From a bacterium (GTDB lineage Bacteria; Zhuqueibacterota; Zhuqueibacteria; Residuimicrobiales; Krinioviventaceae): a stretch of 64,000 bases of DNA. Location: NCBI GenBank assembly GCA_963693055.1, contig OY843751.1, forward strand, positions 4,224,001 through 4,288,000, given 5' to 3'. How positions within the stretch are numbered: position 1 is the first letter of the stretch; each line of letters opens with the position of its first letter. The translations under genes and the position numbers were made by a program. The notes below the pieces were generated by a model, which did no database searches, had not been told where the DNA came from, and saw only the letters and a program-made list of their open reading frames with translations. Below, in pieces: positions 1 through 9,816 of this stretch.

Positions 1-763
1 GTTCGGGTCGACCAAAGATTTTAGGTTTAACTGGTGTAGGCGGCTCTTCTTCCTCTTCTTCAACCTCGGGTTTTCTAACATTTTCACGCTGGTGCCGTAC
101 CAATGCCGGACGCGGACGTTTTTGTTTCGCTGGTGTTTTGAAACTCTTTTTAAGGAAAATGCCTGCCTGAAAGAAAAATTTGGTTAAAAATGTACTGATT
201 ATATTATACAATTCGGCAAAACTGAATGTGGTAGACAATAAAACCGTGACCATTATGATACCAATCAATACCACAACCGCACCAGACTTGCCAAAAATAA
301 TAACAAGCAATTGTGCGCCCATTCCACCGAAACGCCCGGAAAACTCGAAAGCAGGTGAACTGCCAACCGAAGATATCACATCATGCAGGGCAAAACCAAT
401 AGAGAGTAAAAATGCAAATAAAAAAGTCATTCCGGTCCATCTTGCCAACTCGTAAGGGCTTTTACCTATCAACCGGTTAATACCCCAGGCTATTACGAAA
501 AATGGCAGTACCAGAACAGGGAATCCAATGGTCCAGTGGATTAAATAATAAGCCACATAGACTCCGGCAATTCCCAATCCATTTTTTATCAATCCCGGAT
601 GTTCAATATTATTTGGTGCTTCTCCTGGTTCATAGGTAAAAAGTGCAATCAGCATCAGAATACCCATCAGGATCAGCAGCAAACCAATCAACTCTTCCTG
701 TTTTCTGTCCGGCAATGAAGCTCCGGAATATTTTACAGTTTTTTTCTTTTTTGCGTTTCTCAT
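1..763 (-). CDS. ftsK: DNA translocase FtsK, N-terminal membrane region (partial, runs off window start)
   Basis: Not in the ORF track. ATG at 763 translates as MRNAKKKKTVKYSGASLPDRKQEELIGLLLILMGILMLIALFTY...NGLGIAGVYVAYYL, then further TM helices and a Pro/Glu/Lys linker, typical of FtsK_4TM. The motor domain is outside the window. Confidence 0.65.
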   Translation of the reverse strand, partial: MRNAKKKKTVKYSGASLPDRKQEELIGLLLILMGILMLIALFTYEPGEAPNNIEHPGLIKNGLGIAGVYVAYYLIHWTIGFPVLVLPFFVIAWGINRLIGKSPYELARWTGMTFLFAFLLSIGFALHDVISSVGSSPAFEFSGRFGGMGAQLLVIIFGKSGAVVVLIGIIMVTVLLSTTFSFAELYNIISTFLTKFFFQAGIFLKKSFKTPAKQKRPRPALVRHQRENVRKPEVEEEEEEPPTPVKPKIFGRPE

Positions 764-767
764 ATCC

Positions 768-1502
768 TCAGGGTGCTAATTTAACAACACGTTTATCAAA
801 TACCATATTTAAATCGTAATAATCTTTTTGTGAACAAAAATGCAAATCCGTTTCAAATCCAATTTCTTGTAAATACCGCCCATGTTTACTTTGCAGCATC
901 ATATTGAACATATCACACTCATACAGCTCTGCCTGTTTAATGAGAGATATGGTAAACTCATCCAAATGAAACTGTTCATCAATATTTACAATCTCCCGGG
1001 CCAGTAAACCGGCACATACCGTATCTTCCAAAGTGGATTCTCCATTCGTACCCGCGCATAAAATATTAACATTTTGCGCGTGTCCGGCAGCAGTTTTGGC
1101 GATTGTGCTCAAATTCAACAGAGATGCAATATAAATCCACTCTGCAGACAATGCATGCTGCATTGCTTTGGTACCGTTCGATGTTGTCCAGACCAGAGTT
1201 TTATCTTTAATAATGGAACGCTGGTATTCTAATGGAGAATTCCCAAAATCGAATCCTTCAATTTTCACACCATTGCGCTCCCCACACAATTTTACCGATT
1301 GTGGCAAAAGCTCTTCTCTGAGAACAAACGCGTCCTGAACGTCAACAACAGGATAAATCTCATTGCATCCATTGTTCAATGCCGTAGCCATGCTTGAAGT
1401 TGCACGCAGCACATCTATTACAATGGAAACCGATCCCGTTAATTCAGACGGTTTAGCATGTTCCGGTATTTCAAAGATCCGTATACTTGGTTTATGCATC
1501 AA
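768..1502 (-). CDS. comB: 2-phosphosulfolactate phosphatase family protein
   Basis: VIDVLRATS, CGERNG..IEGFDFGNSP, TTSNGT and LEDTVCAG motifs. Confidence 0.85.
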   Translation of the reverse strand: MMHKPSIRIFEIPEHAKPSELTGSVSIVIDVLRATSSMATALNNGCNEIYPVVDVQDAFVLREELLPQSVKLCGERNGVKIEGFDFGNSPLEYQRSIIKDKTLVWTTSNGTKAMQHALSAEWIYIASLLNLSTIAKTAAGHAQNVNILCAGTNGESTLEDTVCAGLLAREIVNIDEQFHLDEFTISLIKQAELYECDMFNMMLQSKHGRYLQEIGFETDLHFCSQKDYYDLNMVFDKRVVKLAP

Positions 1503-1503
1503 A

Positions 1504-2592
1504 TCATACAGTTGTTTTATAAAACGGCGGTTTTACCACAGTTGCGGGGACCGCCTTGTTACGAACCATAATATCAATTTCAGTTCCAAATTTGGTATGT
1601 GGTCTGTTAACGTATCCCATACCAATTCCTTTTTCAAGCATAGGTGAAAAAGTACCGCTGGTTACAGTACCTACCTCGGCACCGTCTTTTGTAATCGCAT
1701 ATCCATGACGAGGAAACGCCCGATCATTCAACTCGAAAGCAACCAGTCTGCGTGTAGGGCCTTCTTCCTGCATTTTCACAATTGCGTCACGACCAATAAA
1801 ATCACCCTTGTCTGCTTTGGTGATCCAGCCCAATCCTGCTTCAATAGGATTGGTAGTTTTATCAATATCATTGCCATACAGGCAATATTTCATTTCAAGT
1901 CTCAGTGTGTCTCTGGCACCCAGTCCCACAGGTTCAATATCAAAAGGTTTACCTGCTTCCATCAGTGCGTTCCAGATCTGTTCGGAATATTGTTTGGGGA
2001 AACAAAGCTCAAATCCCGCTTCACCGGTATAACCAGTGCGAGAGATCAGCATTTCCACACCATCCACCTTGCCTGGCAATGTCCAGTAATAAACAATATC
2101 GCCAACAGCCACATCGGTAAGCTTTTGCAATATTTCAATGGATTTTGGTCCCTGTAATGCCAGCAGCGATGTATCATCGCTTATATTCTCCAACTCTACA
2201 TCACCCAATTTATGTTCAACAGCCCAGTTCCAGTCTTTTTCAAGATTGGCGGCATTGACAATCATCATATAATGATCATCCATCTTGTAAACCAGCAAAT
2301 CATCAACAATGCCGCCATCATCATAACACATGGCAGAGTATTGTACCTGGTTTACCTGCAAGCTTGCAACATCGTTAATAGTAATACGTTGTAAAAATGC
2401 TTCTGCATCTTTACCGCGAACGAGAAATTCACCCATATGCGAAACATCAAACAACCCCGCCGTGGTACGAACACGTTTATGTTCATCAATAATACCCTTG
2501 TATTGTATAGGCATAGCATACCCGGCAAATTCTACAATTTTGGCACCTGCATCAACATGCACATCATAGAATCCGGTCTTTTTTATTTCCAC
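1504..2592 (-). CDS. gcvT: glycine cleavage system aminomethyltransferase T
   Basis: FAGYAMPIQY, GLFDVSHMGE, SRTGYTGEAGFE, GLGARDTLRLE, VTSGTFSP motifs; GTG start with AGGAG RBS. Confidence 0.97.
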   Translation of the reverse strand: MEIKKTGFYDVHVDAGAKIVEFAGYAMPIQYKGIIDEHKRVRTTAGLFDVSHMGEFLVRGKDAEAFLQRITINDVASLQVNQVQYSAMCYDDGGIVDDLLVYKMDDHYMMIVNAANLEKDWNWAVEHKLGDVELENISDDTSLLALQGPKSIEILQKLTDVAVGDIVYYWTLPGKVDGVEMLISRTGYTGEAGFELCFPKQYSEQIWNALMEAGKPFDIEPVGLGARDTLRLEMKYCLYGNDIDKTTNPIEAGLGWITKADKGDFIGRDAIVKMQEEGPTRRLVAFELNDRAFPRHGYAITKDGAEVGTVTSGTFSPMLEKGIGMGYVNRPHTKFGTEIDIMVRNKAVPATVVKPPFYKTTV

Positions 2593-2630
2593 GTCCGGCT
2601 CCTTTCAAGTTATAAGATAATGTAAAACAT

Positions 2631-2659
2631 AAAGTAATATTTATATAGGAGAGTGTCAA
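2631..2659 (-). promoter_or_regulatory. sigma70-type promoter upstream of gcvT
   Basis: Minus strand TTGACA-17 nt-TACTTT, about 40 bp upstream of the gcvT start. Confidence 0.6.
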
Positions 2660-2690
2660 GTTTATTTTAAATTTATGAAAAATGTGGAGA

Positions 2691-2723
2691 AAACAAAAAC
2701 CCGGCAGATAATCTGCCGGGTTT
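2691..2723 (-). terminator. intrinsic terminator after rseP
   Basis: Perfect inverted repeat AAACCCGGCAGAT/ATCTGCCGGGTTT followed by a T-rich tract on the minus strand, just after the rseP stop. Confidence 0.75.
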
Positions 2724-2736
2724 CATATAAAAATTT

Positions 2737-3819
2737 TTACGGAATGAGACGAGATACGTCGTTAAAGATCACAAAAACCATTAGCGCAAGTAACAAAGCC
2801 AAACCAATCTGCTGTACAATCAGCTTGATATTAATAGACAAGGGTTTGCGCATAATTCCTTCAATCAAAATAAACACCAGATGTCCGCCATCCAAAACCG
2901 GTAAAGGCAGTAAATTCAGCAAACCCAGGTTAATGCTCAACATTGCCGCAAAACCCATCAAATAATTAAAACCAGCAGAAGCCTGTTCTCCTGTCATTTT
3001 GGCAATAGCAATGGGGCCGCCAATACTTTCTTTAAAAGGTACCTTACCGCTGAACAACATTCCAAAAGATTCACCAATCATGACCGTCATATTCCAGGTC
3101 ATTCTTGTACCGATCCAAAACGCTTCAAAAATACCAGGTTGCCGGATCTCGGTTACAGGACCAACACCTATCAAACCAATATCGTGAATGGGATCCAGAA
3201 TAGGTACAACCGTTCCGGACATGGTTTCGCCATCACGTTCCCACTCTATCGAAACTTCTTTTTCAGGTACATTATGAATAATAGCTACCAGGTCATCCCA
3301 TTCCTGGATTTCCTGTCCCTGAATAGCGGTAATGATATCACCTTCTTCCAAACCAATCTTTGCAGCCGGCATATCATTCATAACAGAGCCAATCACCGGA
3401 GTCATGGGTTCAACAGGCTCATTAATTCCATTAATTAACACACTACCCATAAAAATAAACATGGCTAATAAAAAGTTGAAAAACGGTCCTGCAAAAATTA
3501 CCAGCATTTTTGCCCACATGGGTTTCGACATAAACTCCCAGGGTTCGCCTTTAATGCTGTCTCTTTCCAGACTTTCATCAACCATTCCCGCCATTTTAAC
3601 ATATCCGCCAATGGGCAAGGCAGAAATACAATAATCGGTATCACCAATTTTTTTGCCAAACAAACGGGGAGGAAATCCAATAGAAAATCGTTCTACCCGA
3701 ATTCCAACCAGTTTTGCTAAAAGAAAATGTCCCAACTCGTGAACTACTATCAGCAGTCCCAACACAAAAATAAAAGGTATTAAATATGTTCCTGTAAAAT
3801 GCAAAACACTATCCATCAC
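2737..3819 (-). CDS. rseP: RIP metalloprotease RseP (M50, PDZ domain)
   Basis: HELGH, AGPFFN, PDZ segment, NLLPLPVLDGG; adjacent to dxr. Confidence 0.95.
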   Translation of the reverse strand: MMDSVLHFTGTYLIPFIFVLGLLIVVHELGHFLLAKLVGIRVERFSIGFPPRLFGKKIGDTDYCISALPIGGYVKMAGMVDESLERDSIKGEPWEFMSKPMWAKMLVIFAGPFFNFLLAMFIFMGSVLINGINEPVEPMTPVIGSVMNDMPAAKIGLEEGDIITAIQGQEIQEWDDLVAIIHNVPEKEVSIEWERDGETMSGTVVPILDPIHDIGLIGVGPVTEIRQPGIFEAFWIGTRMTWNMTVMIGESFGMLFSGKVPFKESIGGPIAIAKMTGEQASAGFNYLMGFAAMLSINLGLLNLLPLPVLDGGHLVFILIEGIMRKPLSINIKLIVQQIGLALLLALMVFVIFNDVSRLIP

Positions 3820-3886
3820 GTTCCCTTATTTATATCCAATAATTTGTCATATATTTGACGTATAAAACAGTCAAAAGGTTCATTTT

Positions 3887-5050
3887 TTATAAAAAATATT
3901 TATAAATGTCTGATCTGGCCAATAAATCCGCTTCTACCAGTGTATCCTTGTCCGGATTTTGTATAACCGAATGTTCATTCAAAGCACGCTCAATAGCTTC
4001 CGGAATTTGCATAAATCCAATATTTTTCTTTAGAAACAGATCAACCGCGGCTTCATTTGCCGCATTCATAACAGCAGGAGCCGTTCCTCCTGTTGCAATG
4101 GCCTCAAATGCAATTTTCAAAGCCCTGAATTTATCCAGATCCGGTACCTGAAATGTCAGATCAGTTATATCGCAAAAATCGAGCCGTTCAAAATCAGATT
4201 CTATCCGATCAGGGTATGTCAATGCCAACTGGATAGGTACCTTCATATCCGGCACACCCATTTGCGCTTTTATCGATCCATCACAAAACGCTACCATAGA
4301 ATGGATAATCGATTGCGGATGAATAACCACCTGGATCTTTTCAACCGGCATTCCAAACAACCAGCGCGCCTCTATCACTTCCAATCCCTTGTTCATCATG
4401 GTTGCGGAATCAATGGTGATTTTGGCGCCCATATCCCAATTGGGATGTTTTAAAGCCTGCTCAACCGTAACCTGATTCATCTCATCAAGGGTAAAATTGC
4501 GGAACGGTCCACCCGACGCAGTCAGAATGATTTTCTCCACACTATCCATAGACTCGCCCATCAGACACTGAAAGATAGCACTGTGTTCGCTGTCAATGGG
4601 ATATATAGAACAACCGTTTTGAGATGCCGATTCCATAACCAGCTCGCCGCCAATAACCAGAGTTTCCTTGTTTGCAAGGGCTATATTTTTTTTACGTTCA
4701 AGAGCTGTCAGGGTAGGTAAAAAACCCGCACTGCCTACGATTGAATTCACCAGCAAGTCATACTCTGATTCCTGAACAATGCGTTGCAAACAATCTGGCC
4801 CGGTAAACAATCTTACACCCAGCTCGGCAAAGGCGGCATGCTGCTCTAGTGTAGGCTCCACTCCGGATACGGCTACAAATTCAGGTTTGAATGCTTTCAC
4901 CATATCGATTAAAAATTCAACATTACTGTGAACACTCAACGCAGAAATCGAAAACCGATCAGAATTTTGCCGCACAATTTTCAAACAATTCTGCCCAATA
5001 GAGCCGCTGCACCCCAGCAGGGTTAATGCTTTTTTGTTTATTTCACTCAT
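3887..5050 (-). CDS. dxr: 1-deoxy-D-xylulose-5-phosphate reductoisomerase
   Basis: LGCSGSIG, LANKETLV, PIDSEHSAIFQ, LTASGGPFR, HPNWDMGAKITIDSATMMNKGLE. Confidence 0.97.
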   Translation of the reverse strand: MSEINKKALTLLGCSGSIGQNCLKIVRQNSDRFSISALSVHSNVEFLIDMVKAFKPEFVAVSGVEPTLEQHAAFAELGVRLFTGPDCLQRIVQESEYDLLVNSIVGSAGFLPTLTALERKKNIALANKETLVIGGELVMESASQNGCSIYPIDSEHSAIFQCLMGESMDSVEKIILTASGGPFRNFTLDEMNQVTVEQALKHPNWDMGAKITIDSATMMNKGLEVIEARWLFGMPVEKIQVVIHPQSIIHSMVAFCDGSIKAQMGVPDMKVPIQLALTYPDRIESDFERLDFCDITDLTFQVPDLDKFRALKIAFEAIATGGTAPAVMNAANEAAVDLFLKKNIGFMQIPEAIERALNEHSVIQNPDKDTLVEADLLARSDIYKYFL

Positions 5051-5867
5051 GAATAGATACAGTTTTAATTTTTTCTACAGTCGTGAGTTCCCTGGGTGTC
5101 AATTCAGTTTCCAGAAATTTAATATATAATTTTTCTTCAAAACCGCTTTTAATAGCTACCGCAAGATCAGAATATATAACTCTATTGCCATTACTTAAAT
5201 CATTTAAGCAAATGGTCTTTTTCATCATAAAAGATTTTATTTTTTCTTTGGCTTCACTACTCTTGCCAGACAAATAATTCGCAATATCCAAATGATCATT
5301 ACCAATCAAAATGGATCCATGTTGCAAAACAACGCCATTTAAACGACGTTGAGCACTGCCAACAAGCTTTTTGCCTTGATAACTGATTTCGTGCTGCACA
5401 GTAGACGCGTAACACATCGATGACAATTCCCCTTTAGAAAAATCCTTGGGAGTTTGCACCGCACGTTCAAACTCTACCGGAAAATTGAGCATATTCAACC
5501 CGGCAACAAGACATTGGCTGATTCTTTCATAAACCTTGCTAATCTCTTTTTCATAATACTGGCTTGATTCCGGTATAATAACCGAATACGTCAACTCGTC
5601 CGCATGCAATATAGCTCTTCCACCGGTCGGTCGGGATACAATATCAATCCCCTCTTCACGACACAATTCTAGGTCAATCTCTTCTTTTTTTTGATGGAAT
5701 CCCAGAGAAATTGCGTGAGGTGTCCACCCATACAGTCTCAAAATCGGGTATCTGCTTTCGGATGACATACATTCAGCCAAAGCAACATCAATGGCCATAT
5801 TGGTTTCGCCATCCAAAAAACCCGAATTAATGAATCGCCATGTTTCCTGATGCCCGTTACTAGTCAT
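5043..5867 (-). CDS. lipoate-protein ligase family, LipM-like octanoyltransferase
   Basis: NMAIDVAL, LRLYGW, SRPTGGRAILH, MCY, KKLVGSAQRR, LQHGSI; 274 aa with no LplA C-terminal domain. Confidence 0.8.
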   Translation of the reverse strand: MTSNGHQETWRFINSGFLDGETNMAIDVALAECMSSESRYPILRLYGWTPHAISLGFHQKKEEIDLELCREEGIDIVSRPTGGRAILHADELTYSVIIPESSQYYEKEISKVYERISQCLVAGLNMLNFPVEFERAVQTPKDFSKGELSSMCYASTVQHEISYQGKKLVGSAQRRLNGVVLQHGSILIGNDHLDIANYLSGKSSEAKEKIKSFMMKKTICLNDLSNGNRVIYSDLAVAIKSGFEEKLYIKFLETELTPRELTTVEKIKTVSIHE

Positions 5868-6645
5868 CGCTTCCCTTGATCAATCCGCGGTCAGAATTCT
5901 CAATAAAAGTCAATACATGCTCAACCTCGGGCAGTATTTCCACTTCATTGCGAATGCGTTCAATTGCCTGGCTCACGTTCAGATGAGAACGGAACAACAG
6001 CTTGTAAGTAGCTTTTAATGATTTTATAACCGGCATCTTGAATCCACGTCGTCGTAATCCAATAGAATTCAAACCATGAAACTGCAATGGCTCTCCGGCA
6101 CAAGTGATATATGGTGGAACATCCTGCACCGCACGAAATCCACCACCTATCATAGCGTGTCTTCCAATTTTGCAAAACTGGTGCACAGGTGTCATACCAC
6201 CTATAATGGCAAAATCCTCAATCACAACATGTCCACCGAGTTGTACACCGTTGGCAAGAATAACATCATCACCAACTACCGTATCATGACCAACGTGGGT
6301 ATAAGCCATCAGTAAGCAATTGCTGCCTATCTCGCTTTTACCTGTAGCATGTGTACCCCGGTTCAATGTAACACATTCACGAATGGTAGTATTATTACCA
6401 ATAATAAAAAGGCTCTCTTCGCCACCAAATTTTAGATCCTGGGGAATATTGGCAACAGCAGCGCCCTGATGTATGTTGCAATTTTCACCAATTCTGGCAC
6501 CATTGTAAATATGCACACTGGTACCAATGCGGGTACCAGTACCAATTACAACATCCCCTTCGATAATAGAAAAGGCCCCTATGGAGACATTGTCTCCAAT
6601 TTGGGCCTTGGGATCAACTATAGCTGTATTATGTATTTCTGACAA
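5860..6645 (-). CDS. lpxA: UDP-N-acetylglucosamine O-acyltransferase
   Basis: Hexapeptide repeats, PQDLKF, IRECVTLNRGT, HVGHD, VHQF, GLNSIGLRRRGF. Confidence 0.96.
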   Translation of the reverse strand: MSEIHNTAIVDPKAQIGDNVSIGAFSIIEGDVVIGTGTRIGTSVHIYNGARIGENCNIHQGAAVANIPQDLKFGGEESLFIIGNNTTIRECVTLNRGTHATGKSEIGSNCLLMAYTHVGHDTVVGDDVILANGVQLGGHVVIEDFAIIGGMTPVHQFCKIGRHAMIGGGFRAVQDVPPYITCAGEPLQFHGLNSIGLRRRGFKMPVIKSLKATYKLLFRSHLNVSQAIERIRNEVEILPEVEHVLTFIENSDRGLIKGSDD

Positions 6646-6675
6646 GGTTATTCCCTTACTAAATTAAATGCTCCG

Positions 6676-8079
6676 TCACACATTTTTACGGTCTACTATT
6701 GCAGCCATCAAATCAGCTTCACAAGCCAGTTCATCGTTTACAAATGCTCTTCCGAACATTTTTGCCAATGAACGACGATACGGTCCCATTTCCACTTCAA
6801 AACGCAGAGTATCTCCGGGTGTAACGGTTTTACGAAATCGAACGTTATCTATACCCGTAAACAGCACGGCTTTTTCAGCCGGATCCGTTTCTGAATTTAA
6901 CAGCATAATACCACCGGTTTGTGCCATGGCTTCAATGATCAAAACACCCGGCATAACCGGCCATCCGGGAAAATGTCCCTGAAAGAACGGCTCATTCATG
7001 GTCACATTTTTGATACCAATAACGCGTTCCTGAGGAATCAGATCAATAATCTTGTCTACCAGCAGGAATGGATAGCGGTGCGGTAAAATTCGCATAATCG
7101 CTTCAGTATCCAGAAAAACACCAGTGCGTTGATTGATCTGATATTTTGATTTGATCAGTTTTTTCTTGTATTCTTTACGTATAAGTTTTACCAGTTCAGC
7201 ATTTGCCTTATGTCCTGAGCGCGCCGCAATGATATGCCCCTTGATAGGAACACCCAACAGTGCCAGATCACCAATCAGATCAAGCGCTTTATGACGAACC
7301 GGTTCATTGGGATAACGCAACTCTTTACCGTTCAGAATTCCATTCGATGACATGCTCACATCAGCTTCAATGCCAAACATTTTACGAAGATCATTTAACT
7401 CTTTTGTATCCATATCACGATCTATAATAACAACAGCATTATCCAGATCACCACCTTTAATAAGGCCGGCTTTCCACAGCTCTTCAACTTCATGCAAAAA
7501 ACAAAAAGTTCGTGAAGCGGCAAATTCTGTTGCAAACTCTTCCCGCAATGAATACATGGATGTATATTGTGTGCCCAATGCCGGGTTTTGATAATCAACC
7601 ATAAAGGTGATACGAAACTCGTCAGATGGGAAAACAACGATATCAATACCGCGGTCCGGTTCGGAATATGCAATGGTACGATCAATAACCAAATAATCCC
7701 GTGGAGATTCCTGCTCTTCAAAACCGCATTTCAGCAAAACTTCCACAAAGGGTAATGCACTTCCATCCCCAACCGGGGGTTCATTTCCATCAATTTCACA
7801 AATAATATTATCAATTTCCAGTCCGCTAATGGCTGCCAAAACGTGTTCAACTGTATGGATCTTAACATCGTTAATACCAATAGTTGTACCTCGTGAAATA
7901 TCCACTACATGATCCACATCAGCGGGAATCACAGGACTCTCTTCAATGTCAACACGTTTAAATAAAATACCGGAATTAGCGGGGGCAGGTTTAAATGTTA
8001 TTTTTGTTTTATTTCCAGTATGCAAGCCAACACCAGCATAGGACGCAGACTCTTTTATTGTCCGTTGGTTTGTCAGCAT
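6676..8079 (-). CDS. lpxC-fabZ: bifunctional LpxC deacetylase / FabZ 3-hydroxyacyl-ACP dehydratase
   Basis: N-term GVGLHTG, TVEHVLAA, HKALDLIGDL; C-term LPHRYPFLLVD, FFQGHFPG, PGVLIIEAMAQ. Confidence 0.96.
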   Translation of the reverse strand: MLTNQRTIKESASYAGVGLHTGNKTKITFKPAPANSGILFKRVDIEESPVIPADVDHVVDISRGTTIGINDVKIHTVEHVLAAISGLEIDNIICEIDGNEPPVGDGSALPFVEVLLKCGFEEQESPRDYLVIDRTIAYSEPDRGIDIVVFPSDEFRITFMVDYQNPALGTQYTSMYSLREEFATEFAASRTFCFLHEVEELWKAGLIKGGDLDNAVVIIDRDMDTKELNDLRKMFGIEADVSMSSNGILNGKELRYPNEPVRHKALDLIGDLALLGVPIKGHIIAARSGHKANAELVKLIRKEYKKKLIKSKYQINQRTGVFLDTEAIMRILPHRYPFLLVDKIIDLIPQERVIGIKNVTMNEPFFQGHFPGWPVMPGVLIIEAMAQTGGIMLLNSETDPAEKAVLFTGIDNVRFRKTVTPGDTLRFEVEMGPYRRSLAKMFGRAFVNDELACEADLMAAIVDRKNV

Positions 8080-8165
8080 TTCACCTCCTAGATGCGCAAT
8101 GCGCCAGTTACATATAAAAAAGGGATTGATGAATTAAATACAATACAACCCCAGATTGTTGAACT

Positions 8166-9200
8166 TTATTCAATTTTTCCTTCTAGATCCCGTAATTGTG
8201 CTTCAAGTCGTCTGACTTTTTTGATCAATTCCGGTAATTTCGCCAAACTGGCTTCTTCACGCTTAGCCTGCATGTGAGGACGTGCAGGATACCCGGATAC
8301 AAATTCCTTTTCCGGTACTGATTTGGTGATACCCGCCTGAGCTCCAATAGCCGCCTGATCGCCAATTTCAATATGACCAACCAAACCTGCCTGGCCACCC
8401 ATTCTAACATAACGACCAATTTTTGTACTGCCGGAAATTCCAGCCTGTGCGGCAATTGCGGTATGTTCACCTACCTGCACATTGTGTGCAATTTGTACCA
8501 GATTGTCAATTTTTGCACCGGTTTTAATACGAGTTTCTCCCAGTGTGGCCCGATCTATGGTTGTATTGGCACCAACCTCAACATCATCTTCCAGCACCAC
8601 ATTGCCCATTTGCGGCAATTTGTGATACTTGCCATCCTCAAATGCAAAACCAAAACCATCGGAACCAATTACGGCCCCCATATGGATGATTACCCCGTTA
8701 CCAATTACACATTGTTCTCGAACTGTAACATTGGCATAAAGGATACAATTATCACCAACCGAAACATCGGTACCCAAAACAACACCCGGATGAATCACAA
8801 CATTTGCACCAATTTTACAATCCGAACCTATTACAACATTGGCGCCAATTGCGGATTTTTCACCAATTGAGCAATTTTCACCAATACTGGCTGTTTCGTG
8901 AATTCCTTGTAAAACCTGAGGTTTTTGTTTGTAAAAATGTCGGGCAAGCTTGAGGAATGCAAAATACGGGTTTTTCACTCGTAACAAGGTTTTATCTTTT
9001 GCCTCTGGGAAATCCGGTTCAACCAACACTGCCGAAGCATTCGTAGTTTCAATAAACTTGAAATACTTGTTATTGGCAATAAATGAAAGCTGACCTTGTA
9101 TTGCCTCTTCAATCTTGGCTAAACCGCTGATTTCCCTTGATCCGTCACCGTCTACAACAGCGCCGATCATTTCAGCAATACTATCTATGGTTAAAGACAT
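8166..9200 (-). CDS. lpxD: UDP-3-O-acylglucosamine N-acyltransferase
   Basis: IGSDGFGF, GANTTIDRA, KIDNLVQIAHNV and hexapeptide repeats. Confidence 0.96.
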   Translation of the reverse strand: MSLTIDSIAEMIGAVVDGDGSREISGLAKIEEAIQGQLSFIANNKYFKFIETTNASAVLVEPDFPEAKDKTLLRVKNPYFAFLKLARHFYKQKPQVLQGIHETASIGENCSIGEKSAIGANVVIGSDCKIGANVVIHPGVVLGTDVSVGDNCILYANVTVREQCVIGNGVIIHMGAVIGSDGFGFAFEDGKYHKLPQMGNVVLEDDVEVGANTTIDRATLGETRIKTGAKIDNLVQIAHNVQVGEHTAIAAQAGISGSTKIGRYVRMGGQAGLVGHIEIGDQAAIGAQAGITKSVPEKEFVSGYPARPHMQAKREEASLAKLPELIKKVRRLEAQLRDLEGKIE

Positions 9201-9229
9201 ATGCGCCCTGATTTATACTATCAGATCAA

Positions 9230-9784
9230 TTATTTAGTTGTAGTTTCAAGACCTTTTTCAAGCTCTTCAATAACCAGTTCGGTCAGGTCTGTTTGGTTCG
9301 GGCTGGCATATACAATATTACCTGCAACAGTATCAAAAATATAATCAAAACGTTCATCTTCACCAACAAGCTTGATAGCTTCGTTGATCTTGTCAAATAC
9401 AGGTTTCATCTGTTTATCTTGTTCGCTGTAAAACTCACCACTTTGTCCCCATTTTTGGGCCTGGTACTGTTGAATTTTCAGGTACAATGCCTGCATTTCC
9501 TGCATTTTTTCTTTCTGACGTTCTTCACTCAAAAGTAAACGCTGAGATTCCAACTGTTCGTTCATCTCTTCCAACTGCTGTTGCATCTCACGGGCTTCAG
9601 CTTCCCATTCTTTGTTGATTTTATCAAGTCTGTCTTGTGCATCTTGAGCTTCTTTATATGATGCAAGAATTTGCTGTGAATTGATGTAACCAATTTTCTG
9701 AGCAAAAGTTGATGTTGCAATCAATAAAATAAAAATTACCATTGCACCCTTGATGAGATTACTTTTTTTCACTTTTTCCTCCAA
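9230..9784 (-). CDS. skp: Skp/OmpH periplasmic chaperone
   Basis: Signal peptide then QKIGYIN, long coiled coil, FDYIFD...DLTELV; sits between bamA and lpxD. Confidence 0.9.
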   Translation of the reverse strand: MEEKVKKSNLIKGAMVIFILLIATSTFAQKIGYINSQQILASYKEAQDAQDRLDKINKEWEAEAREMQQQLEEMNEQLESQRLLLSEERQKEKMQEMQALYLKIQQYQAQKWGQSGEFYSEQDKQMKPVFDKINEAIKLVGEDERFDYIFDTVAGNIVYASPNQTDLTELVIEELEKGLETTTK

Positions 9785-9816
9785 TATCCTATATTGATTA
9801 TTGTTAAATTACTTTA

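Noticed and set aside
6676-8079. lpxC-fabZ fusion as a novelty
   Set aside because: A well-known fusion in Bacteroidota, Chlorobi and relatives.
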